Of a stretch of 64,000 nucleotides of DNA, positions 27,301 through 39,929 are shown piece after piece. A program made the position numbers and the translations under genes. The notes beneath the pieces were generated by a model. That model searched no databases, was not told where the DNA came from, and was given only the letters and a program-made list of their open reading frames with translations. The stretch's first letter is position 1. The number at the start of each line of letters is the position of its first letter. Location: NCBI GenBank assembly GCA_051362555.1, contig CM120642.1:33852001-33916000 (forward strand), given 5' to 3'. The DNA comes from Lingula anatina. Its lineage: Eukaryota > Animalia > Brachiopoda.

Positions 27301-28595
27301 GACACGGGTTGGACAAAAACAAAAAACACTACGTGCTTTACTATAACACAATTTATTAAGATTTGAAATAAAGGATTGCAGAATCAAATATATTTTAAAA
27401 GTATCAATTGCAAACAGATTTGTATGTGCATATGCATGATAATTAACCTGAACCCAAGTTTTTATAAATTGCATGTAAAAACAGTTTAATGCATATTTTA
27501 TTTTATTCAGTAGAAACGCAAATATTTTCATAGCAAGATACACACATCAGAAAATTGGATTTTTTTGCACATGAAAAGGACCATTCGAACGCAATACATA
27601 CCAGCACATGCAAGCTTGGCGAAAATTCATGAAAATTAAGTAAATTAACGATACTGAATTTTGGAAACCTGGTGCACTGTTTCAAAATGTTGGTCTTTCT
27701 TACCGATTTTGGTTTCAGATTCAAACGTTGTTTCACAAGTGATGTTAGAATATCCATAGAGTATGCGTACAAGGATGAAGGCAAATTATAAAAAATGGAG
27801 GGTTTTGTTATAAAAAGAATGGGATTTATCAAAGTTTGCTGTATGATAAATTGAAAAAAATATACAGCATATCTTAATTTCTTGTTTAAATTAGCCGTCA
27901 TGTTTTAGCACTGTTAATAAGATAGACCAGGGCGAAACTGAAATTAAATACTATATCTTTTTTTAATAACAATCGGTAGTTAAAACATTCACGTGAAACA
28001 ATGTGCGACATAAGGCACTGCAAACAGTGAACTCAATACGTGGACAAAATTTGGGCAAAGATATCATTTGACAATTTGCAAAATTTTTATGTGTTTTCTA
28101 GATTACATATATTTTAAAAAGCTTGTATATATAACCACCACTTTTATAATCGTCTCTGGGTTGTTTGGAAATTGAAAACTCCAAAAAGAAATGTAAATTT
28201 ATTCGGGTGAAATAGTTCCGTCACTCGTTAGTTTACGATTACAGCGTTATAAACACTTAAAATTAACAAATGCAATTCTACAACGTCAATTAAGAAAAAA
28301 AATATCATGTGATAGCTAATCGACTTTAAATAATGATCTTACCAGAGATTAGACCAACTATGTGGTGAAAAAAACACACCTTTATCCCCAACGTTTAATT
28401 CATCGTGTAGATAGTTTGAGTAGCCGAAAGGGTTTTAATAGAATCGGATTCGTCCGAACTCGTTGTTTGGAACAATTAAAAAGAATTATGATTGATACCT
28501 AAGGTACATAGCTTATGAATTATATCAGCAAAAAAAATTTTCAACTACGAGAACCAATATGTAATCCTAAAATCACTACAAGATCAGGCGCCAGT

Positions 28596-29199
28596 CACCC
28601 TGAGCTTCAGAAATAACTTGACACTAACCTCTTCACTATAGCCCATCTTCATCGTGTCAAGTTACCTCTGACGAAAATAGTTTGACCTAGTTTATATAAG
28701 CCAATCGAATCCATGTTTCAAAATTTTTCACCAAAGTTTGGTGAAAACGCTGATTGGTTGACCGTCAATCGGCAATCCTCGGCTGATTCCGCAAGCTCCA
28801 TACTAACAACATAGTTATTGTCGAGTGCGGAGACATCCGAGTAGTTCCGAGTGCATAACCGTACACAAAGAAAGCATGGAGTATATCGGAATTGAAACCA
28901 GAGCAGTTTGATGCCCTGCATAATTATCTACTGAGGGATGATGTATTTTGCGTGCTGCCCACAGGTTACGGCAAGTCCCTGATATTCAGCCTTATCTTTG
29001 ATTGGTCCGGATTTGAACAAAGCGCGCTTTGACTCGTTCGCGTTCATTGGCTAGATCGTTCAATGAGGCATTGAGTGCGGGCTTTAAATTTGATTGGCGG
29101 GCGGCGGAGGCAATCGAATGTGGTCAGAGGTAACTTGACACGATGAAGATAGGCTATAGTGAAGAGGTTAGTGTCAAGTTATCTCTGAAGCTCAGGGTG
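28596..29199 (+). mobile_element. Non-autonomous DNA transposon with a RecQ-type helicase fragment (AcademH-like)
   Basis: Near-perfect TIRs of about 77 bp (CACCCTGAGCTTCAG...CTGAAGCTCAGGGTG) and TSD GCGCCAGT at 28588-28595 and 29200-29207. Internal frame 28892-28990 reads LKPEQFDALHNYLLRDDVFCVLPTGYGKSLIF (RecQ motif 0/I region). Confidence 0.85.
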
Positions 29200-29719
29200 G
29201 CGCCAGTTCACCAGTTCATAAAACTGTTCAACTGTATGTTATAACTGTAAGCACGTTTGCGCTCGTTTGCATGAGTGTGTCCAGTTCCTTAATACGGACT
29301 GAAGGCTAGGCGTGGTTCCCTCAGTCACGTGCCTTCTGAAGTCAGCCAATTAGATTGTAGTTCTGAAATATGAATATAATACGTTAATAACGCAATCAAT
29401 TGTTCTAAGGTGATAGGCCTACATGCATTCATTTAGACTGAATAAACTTCAAATGAAAAAGTATTGTCGATATTGAAAGAATTAGCATTGGCTGAGCATC
29501 AAATTTATAAAGAAATTTCAATAAAAAGATAAAATTAGAATAAAAGGAGCAAAAAAGAAATATAGAGATGTATATTTCTGAACACATGTCAATAAATGTG
29601 ATATTTGTCTCCAGCACTTTAAAAAGAAATGGCCAGGAAAAAACGTAAAAGTAAAAACTACCACCTTCGTTCATGTGATTTAGCTTCAAATTAAAAAAGT
29701 AAAAGGATTTTAAAAGCAA

Positions 29720-29723
<4 letters not shown>

Positions 29724-29780
<57 letters not shown>
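29724..29780. repeat. (TA)n microsatellite
   Basis: About 28 TA dinucleotides. Confidence 0.95.
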
Positions 29781-29784
<4 letters not shown>

Positions 29785-32700
29785 CTATTAGTGCAGACAC
29801 TCAAAGTTTAACACTAGTAAATTGAACAAATATCGAAGAAATGTCTACAAAATACATGTGACAGAAACTGGACAACTAAATATGACAGTTTACATGCATC
29901 CGCATTCTTCGAGCGTCCAGCGACGGGGTGCCATCGAGTTTTTAAATATTTTGAAAAATGGTCACCATACAACATCCTCCGTACGTGCTTACGGGCTGTC
30001 TGCGAACTCAAAATTACGTAAGAAGGACTTGCGTGGGACGTGAGATTCTGCTCAAAATTTAGAAGCAAACAGCCCGTAAGAGCCCGCACGGCCGGTTGTG
30101 ACCGAGGCTTAAAATAGTTGAACCTGTGTTGAACTCTTTCCCTTTCACATTTGATGATTTATAAGGCGTTACAATTTATGAAGATTTAAGTTTAATTAAC
30201 TTGACTTAATTTTGTTGCATGTTTCCTTATTCTCACAACTTGGGTGCTAATTCACATGGACGGCTGTGCCGCCAACGCTTTGCTATTCAAGGAAGCAGCA
30301 AGGAGGGTGTACGACAACTGTACTGACACTGAAAGGGGTCCGTATGGTTACTTTTATCTATCGTTTTTGATGTTTTGATATCTTCTCATGCTTTCCCCAG
30401 AGCTTTTATTACCTGCATTATGTATTTTATATTTTATCGCATTAGCAGTCGCTGTAGAAGCAATTAATGCCGGCTATGTTTAATCTGTTAAACGTACATG
30501 GGTTCTGTTGTCTTATAATATCTGGTTATATTAGTTATATTTATTTATTTATCTATCTATTTATTTTAATAAATATATAGCATATAAAATTTTGTTTTAT
30601 CATGATATAAATTAATTATTGGACCTCAATGTTTTATCTGCTTAGAAAAGCGCAGTTGTTCCATTCTTAAAATATTCCAACTTCAAACAGAATATGATTA
30701 CTTTTGTTACACATTGAATTGATGTGTTGGTCGCGGAATTGATATTTATGTTACTGCCTTATATGTCTAAAGATGATCGATTTTACGGGAACACAAAGTT
30801 AAATGAAATTGGATGCTTTGTGCGTACAGTAATTTGTGCTTTAATGGATTTCACTTGTTTATATCCCCTTGGTAAAATAAGAGAACTCAGCAAAGACCAT
30901 TAAGGTGACTGATTATATCATGTTTTAATACATTTGTTATCCTACATTAAGGAACGAACTCTCCAGCACCATTTAAGGTAAAAGATGTGATAACATTTTG
31001 TATAGATCAGTTCATTGTTTTTGAGCGACTTTAGTTTGCTTGTCACTGAATGTTTAAAAAACGAGGAAAATACACCCTACCGACAGTACATTAAGCATTA
31101 AATAAATTATTTTTTCACTCGTGATCCAAATATTATATCAGACATGTCAACCTACATGTATTATGGAATCACAATATACTTTTCGATCAGCAACAGAAAA
31201 CAATGCATTGAATTGCACCAAGCACTTGGACAAAATGAAACTTTCTGACAATTTTTCCGCAAAGTTAGGAGAGAACAAGTGAGTACTGCTAAGCACACAA
31301 GCCAATCACTCCAAAAACACCAATGTCAAGGTCAAATTACCTTATAAGTGGCAATATAGGTTTTCTATTGGTTAGAAGGTACACATTTTCCCAACGGACA
31401 ACGAGATATGCTTTTTACTGACGACTTGAAAAAATTTGGCACATTTTACTGTGAATAGCGGTCTTCAATATTTGTTTATCTTACTCCATTAAATAAAGTC
31501 TATAAAAATTGTAGAACCAGATATCATTTGGTCAAAGCTTTTTAATCAATGACCCCTATTTACCATTAACTGTTAAACTAAATTAACTTTCACATGGTAC
31601 CGATGAACTTTGGTCACCCTATTGGTAGCAATGAACCCCTGTACCTGACAGACTAAAGCATCAGATCACAACTAGCTTCAGATTAATCCATATGATGGGA
31701 TTGACACAATTATTCGCAAGTGTCTGGGTCTGAATGCTTTTGCTCATTTTGAGGGTCATGTTGCTGTGGCTGCCGCTGCTGAGTCTATAATTTAGCCTTT
31801 CCCAAGGTTTTTGACCTGGACTTGGTTACAATTTTGCTTGTGCAGGGATTCAATTAAATTAAGCGACTAAGCAACTAAAGCAATTTTTCCATATCAATCC
31901 TTTTTCTCTGTAAATTCAGAGTTGAACTAAAATGCTCCTTTCACTTGGAGCATAATTGCTTTTGGGCTGTTTTCCTTGTTGTTTGCTTGAGAGTCACCAC
32001 CTGTGACACGCTGCCTCGTAAAAATGGAGCTCATCTAGCACAGTGACACGTTGAAGTAGAGAACGTTTAAACGCATATGATAAAGCTCAACTAACACATT
32101 GCCTGGAGGAAGTGGAGGACGCTGTAGTTGATCTAACACTTTGTTTAGTGGAAGGGAATATTGGAAAATTAAAATAACGTATTTCTTGGCGGTATCCTGA
32201 TTTCAAAAAGACGATTTTGGTACATTCTGAAAATTTATCCGAGATTTCTGATGGATAACCCTTATGTGCCTTTAATATGTTGTGCGCTAAAATGATGTTA
32301 AACATATTTACAATGATTTCATTCAAAGTTTAATGGAAACATATATGAAAGCATCTCTCATCAGAAAAAAGTTTGCGATATAACTATAGTGTACCCTATA
32401 GGACTCTGCGATAGGACTATGCGGCACTGTAAGCCAATGGGACTGAAACGTTCATTCGGTAATGATTGATAACAAATTTATTAAAACATGATTTTCATGT
32501 CACCAATCAACTAAGGTGGTCTCAGCTAAGCTATCTCTTTATTCCCAAAGGGATCAAAACAGGCGGGCACAATTGATTGCATATTCAAAATTTGTCATTT
32601 CTTTCAATTTGTTCTACCGTAAAATCAATCATTTTTGAAAGTGCAAATAAATAATGCAAATAAAAGTTTTGCCAGTTACAAAGGTTTATCAGATGCCGTT

Positions 32701-34531
32701 TAATGATGATTGGGAACCACAATTATCAAAGCAACGAGTGTGGGCGACGTGGGGCCTAGGTTCCATTACATATCTTGCCTGAAGGACATAACTAATTAGT
32801 CATATGGTTTTTTCATGGGGAATGCAAAGTAGATTTTATTCCAATTAATTAAGCAATCTTTTAAACAAATTTCAGGCCTTCGGGGTCGCTGGAAGCGGTT
32901 GTTTCCTGTATTTCTGCCTGTCTCACCAAAAGGAGGCAATAAAGTATATACACCTGTACAACTTGGTTAAATCAAGTAAAAAGGGAAAATTCACCAATAG
33001 TGCGGTACCTCAAGGACGGTGCTCTACATACCGAAGATAAACGAACTTAATGGACTCTGCTTTGAGTCTATACCTCTAATGACCTCACACAGAAAATGCA
33101 AGTAGATAAAAATCACATATAAATGCAAGTAAGTAAATTTATTTACTATAACGCCTGAAACGTGACACGGTTCAATACACGCAAAAAGTTGTCCACAAAA
33201 AAAGTAATGGCCCTAATCATAGCATGTATAACCTTCTAAAATGAATATAAACTGCCAAATATTAATACGTGTATCTGAGACATTCAAAAGACCAAAATCA
33301 AAATTAAAATATCAATGGATTATTTAATAACGAGTGCAAAAAGTTTTAAAAGCTAGCATTTAAAACTTCCAATTTCTTATCTTGAAATTTTGATTTTTAA
33401 TTACTATGATGGAATTTTACCTTGATACTTGATATGCATCAATGGTTTTTATTTGCATCAGTTAGCCATTTCAACTGACTCTGCCTTTCGTCTTTGTATT
33501 AACCTATTTATGGGTTGCAAATTTATCTTTGTCGAAAATGTTTTTAAATGTGTGCAATGTCAGATAACAAATACATTAAAACGTAAAACAATCAATCAAA
33601 TTAAGCGGCCCTAGATCAGTTCTCTCATTTTTACAAGGGGATGACAATGATTAAATTCATTAACGCACAAATAACAGCTAAAGCATTAAATATATCTCAT
33701 TTCGTTAACTCTGTATTTCCGTAAAATCAATCAGTTATGCGAAAAATTGATAAATATAAATAATATGAAAAGACGTTGTTAGACAAAAGAGCCCATGCGC
33801 GTGTAACAAATCAAACATAGCTTGCATTCAGGATAGGCCTATAGTAAACATTTATTATCATCCAGATGCCGCATATAAGGTTATTTCTGCATCTAATTAT
33901 GCAATAATGCTTCTCCTACGTGGCTAGAATAAAGAAACACACACCAAATTCATACAATTAAATTACACTTTTATCGTCATAAATTAATATGTCTCATAGA
34001 ATCACCATATGTGAAAGGTTAAGAGATCAACAGCAGCTACAGCTATTATAACGATGACTGTAATCCATTGAACAATACTTGTACGTGATCTATGCAACGC
34101 CAAATGTTGTGGTACTGTGCCAGTTTGCTACAGCCTGCAGCCCTAGGTTTTGCAAGCATTTCTAACAGTAAAAGCACGAAAAAATGTAGATGGTACTAGG
34201 ACATTACAACTTTGCACAGCGGCCGCCTCCCTCAGCACGCTAAGGGATATATATGCGGGCGTACCTACGGACTCCGTGTGGTAATGTGCGTGTTGCGATG
34301 TCTGGATATTTACGTTTGTACCCTCCATGTCTATTATATAAGTGTATAATGTATCATGATCATTGTGGTGAACAAAAAATGTTCTTAAATTTAACATGCT
34401 CTCGGTTCACCTGTTGCGTTCTTCAATTAAATATACCCTTGTGTCCCTTGACAAATTTGTTTTTCATCATCCTTATTATAGACGAAAGTTTCTTTTTCGA
34501 TTTCCGCATTATCCGTGTGAACTTTACATAT

Positions 34532-34805
34532 CTAATTATTTCGCCGTAATTTCATCGTAGCGGCTTGCAGCAGGCACCCAAAGTTACAGTTATATCCTGT
34601 GATAGCCGTGAATTTCATTTTGCCTTTCCTTTCATCATTGTCACCTGTGTTACTGCAATCAGGATAATATCCAGTTAGGTGATTGCTAATGCACCTTCCA
34701 AACCACCAGCCCCCACCTGAAATATATATAAATGTGAAATGTGATAAAATCACTATTGCTCAATGTCTTCATCACTAAACATAATATAAACAAATAATCT
34801 AAACG

Positions 34806-34837
<32 letters not shown>

Positions 34838-37800
34838 ACAAGAGACAATTTATCTATCAGATGACAAGTTTAAATTTTATCTTGAGGAAACCGACCTCTG
34901 GGTATTATTATCATAATAATGTTATATTTATTGACTTTTGGAGTTAGGACAATGTTGTTTTGCAGATATCAGAAAAATGAAGTCGACTTCAGCCAAATTC
35001 GTTAATTGTATTATGCTCTCAGTTTTTAATGCAGTAGTTTAATTAGACAGCTATTTCTTATGCACTTTCATGCTGTCATACACTGTATCAGTGTTATAAT
35101 ACCCTCTAGCCAGTGAATCACTATATTGGAATTTTATTCTTTTCTCAATTATAAATACTGCCTACCGTGTTGCTCAGCACACGTTTCCGAAATGTTAATG
35201 TAAGAGGGGGTATCCATGTTGTCAATGGTTCCAAAAGGACGTCCAAAGATTTCCTCAAGTCTAAACACGCTAGTTGTGTTGTAGGACTCAAAGGTAAGGG
35301 CGTCTACAGCATATTTCATTGTCTCATTCTGTATTCTAAACAGGTTACATAAATTAAGATCATATCTTGCTGTGTGACGTCTGAATACTACCCATCTAGA
35401 TCGATTATGCCATGGTAAAACACACTATTGACAGAAAAGCTAATGGCGCGTTTTTGACCGGGAGGGATAGCAGAGAGATATTACCAGTTCAAAATAACGT
35501 CCCATGTTCGTCGTTTCATCTCCCAGGTGAGAGGAAAATATTCGTCTGTCAAAATGATGGAAGAAGTGCACACCAATCGGCCACAATCAAAATTTTTGAT
35601 TATTGATGGTCGTTAATCTCAAGGACGAAATTTTATTGTACCACCAGCGTTAGCGCTGGCGGTACACATGGTTTTAGTCCCGACCGGATCGTTCCGCCGG
35701 CTCCGCCTACAAGTTACCGTTACCGCTTCTCCTCCTAGACGGTAAGGGCCCCCATACCCATCTCTTGGATTTAGGTCACCTATAATCTCAACTCGTTCCA
35801 CGTAAAATTTGGGCTTTGTCCGTATTGGGGTCTAGGTGTGGCACTCATTGCAATGCACCCTTGTCCAAAAATGGCAAAATTTAATGCTAATTATCTACCC
35901 TATGGAAGGGGTTATGGGAAAAATTTCTACAGACGGCTTTCCAAAAGTCATATGTGTAGATTTCAAATATGCCCTTGGATTTGACCTTTAACCTTTACTT
36001 CAAGGTCAAACGGGCCAAAATTTTCAAAAAAATAAAATTTTTTACAAAAAAAAATTTTTTTGCCCTGTTATTCAGACACCACACAGACTTAACCAATAAT
36101 ATTATTGGAAAGTGTTACCCTTCAGGTCATCTTTCATCTCCGTGAATTTGGGGTCAATCGGTGCATTTTCACGGGAGTAGCGGCCATAAGATGCCGAAAC
36201 TGAAAACTGTCTCTAATTCGGGGACCGTTAATGCTAGAGACCCATTCTTTTTTGCATTTTGTAGAGCATGTAAAGCCCAACACTGATGGTGGTCTCCGTT
36301 TTTTTTGTATTCCATACGGTTTTCGAGTTACGCTATCAAAAAGTACATATTGGTGGTGAAAGCAAAATGTGCAGTACGGTATAGTCAGGTGGCTCAGTCC
36401 AAATTTTTTTCTAGAATTGTGCAATAGATGATAAAAGCATGAAACTTTCCCCGATGAATAACCATTGGGTGTTCATCTATTTTGGATCAGGGGGTTGACA
36501 AACACCCAATGGTCATTCATCGTGGAAAATTTCATGCTGTTATCATCTTTTGCACAATTCTGGATAAAATTTGGACTGAGCCGCCTGATTACTTTTCACC
36601 ATGAACTAAACTTTGCATATTTTGCTTCCCTTTCATATCCAAAACTGGCAGAGATAGATCCATAGTTACTATTGAACTTGGATAGGAAGTCATATACTGA
36701 CAATCTAAATGTGACCTTCAAATTGACCTTTGACCTACTTTTCACCATGGACTGAACTTTGCAAATTTTGCTTCTTTTTATCTCCAAAACTGGCAGAGAT
36801 AGGTCCATAGTTACTATTGAACTTTGATAGGAAGTCATATATTGGCAATCTAAATGTGACCTTGAAATTGACCTTTGACCTACTTTTCACCATGGGCTGA
36901 AGTTTGCAAATTTTGCTTCCCTTTTATCTCCAAAACTGGCAGAGATAGGTCCAATGTTACTATTAAACTTGAATAGGAAGTCATATATTGGCAATCTAAA
37001 TGTGACCTTGAAATTGACCTTTGACCTACTTTTCACCATGAACTGAACTTTGCAAATGTTTTTCCATTTTATCTCTAAAACTGGCAGACAAAAAAGACAA
37101 CTTTCAAATTGTTAGCGAAAGAGATGGGGACGCAATTTTCATATTTGAGTCTGCGTTGGCCAAAGAGCAAGGAAGAACGTAATTTTCGTATCCTCAGTGG
37201 GGGATCGTTGCAATCGTATATTCATTCAATGGCTTTTGTTTGCGAAAGATCGTCAACTAGTGAGACAACCCCTCCCCCTTCTTTTTCCTTCCCATACGAA
37301 TGCTCTTACTCCAGCTGGTGGTACAATACCAGGAGGCGGTATCACCTCTCTGATCCTCAAGTTTATTATCCTTTTATAAAATAAGTATTGCCTACCGTGA
37401 CGCTCAGCACACGTTGTATCAGTGTTGTCAGTGGTTCCAAAAGGAAGTCCAAGGATTTCATCAAGTCCAGCAGTGCTCGTTGTGTTGTAGGACTCGAGAG
37501 TAATGGCGTCAACAGCATACTTCATTGTTTCGTTCTTAATTCTAAACAGGTTCCATTTGACGTAGTAATAATTGCCGTTGCAGGACAACATATCAACCAG
37601 CATGGAGTAATTTCCTTGATTGGTTAACGCATGAAGGGCCTCATTGCCCATCCAGAACTGTAGGCGGGGATCCCCAAAACCGAGCTTATAGTCAGTCCAG
37701 TTTCTGTTAAAGTTCATTGTATTGTCATATCTTCTCATCACAACAAGCCATCCGTTGTCACAATAAACTTCCTTTGTTCCAAAACCTGTTATTTTAATTG

Positions 37801-39063
37801 GCAACATTCCTGCACCATCTATTAAAACATAAACAGAAAAATTCATTGTCATACCATGTGTGTGAGTGCGTGTGTGCGCACGCGTAAGTCTTTAGACAGT
37901 CGAGTGCGCTGCCTAAAAACTTTGCAGACGATGAACACAATGCAACAGTCAGAGAGGATGATTTGAAACGTTTGGGGCAGGTAATTGTCATATTACACAC
38001 AGACTCTCAGGACTCTTATTTGTTAAAATTCATCTACAACAGCATAATCTGTACTGTTGCGAGTTCTTTATTATCCATCATTTAATATCTCTTGACAAAA
38101 TAAACCAACAGCCCAGCCCCTTAGACCATGAAGATGGAAATGCACAGACAAAGACAATATAGACAAAGAAAACAAATTAAAAATAAAAAAGCTTACGGCA
38201 ATTTGTTACATAGTTACCTACACACAAAAAATAAAATGCTACAAACTTACCCAGATCATTGCAATCCATTTCTTCCTAAAATATGATAGAAACAGTTCAA
38301 GAATGTAAAGAGGTTACATATCCGATCTGATAAAAATATATTTAATTTATCTAACCTTTCTACCTATCCTATTTATTTATACTTTTATCTATATTGTCTA
38401 AAAACGATTTTTTTTTTTTTTTTTTTTTGAGGGAAGAATATAACGGTTTGTCTTACATGTTGTGCTGCTGCATCAAAGATTTAAAAAAATAAACGTGGTT
38501 TAAATGTAAACTACATACCTTGGCGTCCTGATAATAGATCCCGCCGTCATGACGTACTAGTATGTCACTGTTGAGAGCCTTGAGGGAATTTAGTTCACAA
38601 TTTTCTGAAAAAAACGAGACTGAATTTTGAATGACATTCAATTGGAACAATCACGTTTGATTAGGTAAATCGTCATTATTGCCCAGTTAAATTATATGCA
38701 ATTTTTCAGAACGGCTTATCCTGGAAATATCTTCACAAAATGTCTCTCTCAATTGGGCGAGTTTCCTATCACTGTAAGAAAAATATTACTCAAATTTTAC
38801 AAAACAACAGAAATAATATACTATTTATGGCTCTCACCTCTGTTCCTAGTTTTATAGTAGTTCCAGGAACGGCATCCTTTTGTTTGAGAACATTGCAATG
38901 TACAGCTTACAGCGCTCGCGGCTGTCACCTTCTTAAAAGCAGACAACGGTAAAATGGCGTCTTTGGTTCCTATACCACGTGTGTATTTCACCTTCTGTTG
39001 TCTTGTGAACATTGCAAGAAATGTCGTAAACAAAAACAGTTTAAATGGTATTTCTAGCTCCAT
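34532..39063 (-). CDS. Secreted PAN/apple + fibrinogen-related domain (FReD/FREP-like) protein, about 314 aa
   Basis: Exons (-) 39063-38838, 38604-38519, 38275-38251, 37818-37396, 34716-34532 are phase-compatible and total 945 nt. The N-terminus is hydrophobic and is followed by a PAN pattern (SAVSCTLQCSQTKGCRSWNY..NCELN). FReD motifs: VYCD.GWLVVMRR, FNRNWTDYKLGFG, FWMGNEALHALT, GGGWWFGRC, MKLR. Confidence 0.85.
35166..35350 (-). pseudogene. Orphan 3' half of a paralogous FReD exon
   Basis: Translates NLFRIQNETMKYAVDALTFESYNTTSVFRLEEIFGRPFGTIDNMDTPSYINISETCAEQH, versus NLFRIKNETMKYAVDAITLESYNTTSTAGLDEILGLPFGTTDNTDTTCAERH in exon 4. It keeps the same G|GTAGGC donor, but its 5' half and acceptor are missing. 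Confidence 0.85.
35631..37364 (+). mobile_element. Helentron-associated non-autonomous element (HINE/DINE-like)
   Basis: The 5' subterminal repeat ATTGTACCACCAGC (35635-35648) has an adjacent hairpin partner, and its exact inverse GCTGGTGGTACAAT lies at 37314-37327. A 3' stem-loop follows (GAGG..CCTC), both ends are T-rich, and there is an internal tandem array. Confidence 0.7.
36591..37089. repeat. 145-146-bp tandem repeat, about 3.4 copies, inside the HINE
   Basis: Units start ACTTTTCACCATG at 36591, 36737, 36882 and 37028. Confidence 0.92.
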
Positions 39064-39929
39064 GATAACTGTCGTAAAGATTTATATCGTGAAAGAGTCA
39101 GTTTATGCAAACAATACCGAAATTTTGTTAGAAAATAGCTTCCCAATGTCATTAACAACAGACTTTTTAAATGACATTGCAAACCGTGCACATATAAATT
39201 CGCACAAAGGTTACCGCCACTGCTAAGCTCAAAAACAGTAGCTTTGCGTAGTAAAAACTCTGCATGCTTCCCAGTAATGAATATGTTTTTCATCTGATTA
39301 ATGGTGACGCAAAAATATGGAAATGTCCTGTTATTGATCACTCTGATCTGAAAACAATAATATTTGATAGGACGAGTTTGTAGGCATATAATGTTATTTA
39401 TATGCTGGGTAGTAAAATTTAGAATTACTTTTATCTTTTTTCATTTCATCGATTTATAATAATCTTAGACCTAAAAAGATGGAATTCACAGAAATGGTGA
39501 AGTTAATATTTTATCTGGCATCTTTTGAGGGCCCACATCGGCCGCTCTTCATTGACTTCGACAGAACTAGAGAATTCTCTTCAGCTGGTTCCAGGCCAGG
39601 AGGTTTGTTGTTTATCTTTAGTGTATAATGGGGGATACTATATACCCAAAGCATTGTGATGGGCCGTTTATTCTGTGATGCCACGATAGAAAATATTTTT
39701 GAACATGATGTAACCAATCACGTTAAGTGGTCTCAGGTGGGTTCTCGTACTTTTCCAACAGGATCATAACAAATGAAATTCAATTAAGGACAAATAATTG
39801 CACATAACATGGAAAATGCCTCATACTACATCACAATGTATTCCTGTAAAATCAATCACTTTTGAAAGTACAATGAAATAATGCAAACGATAGTTACGAG
39901 AGAAACAAAAGTTTGGCGACTGATATTAA

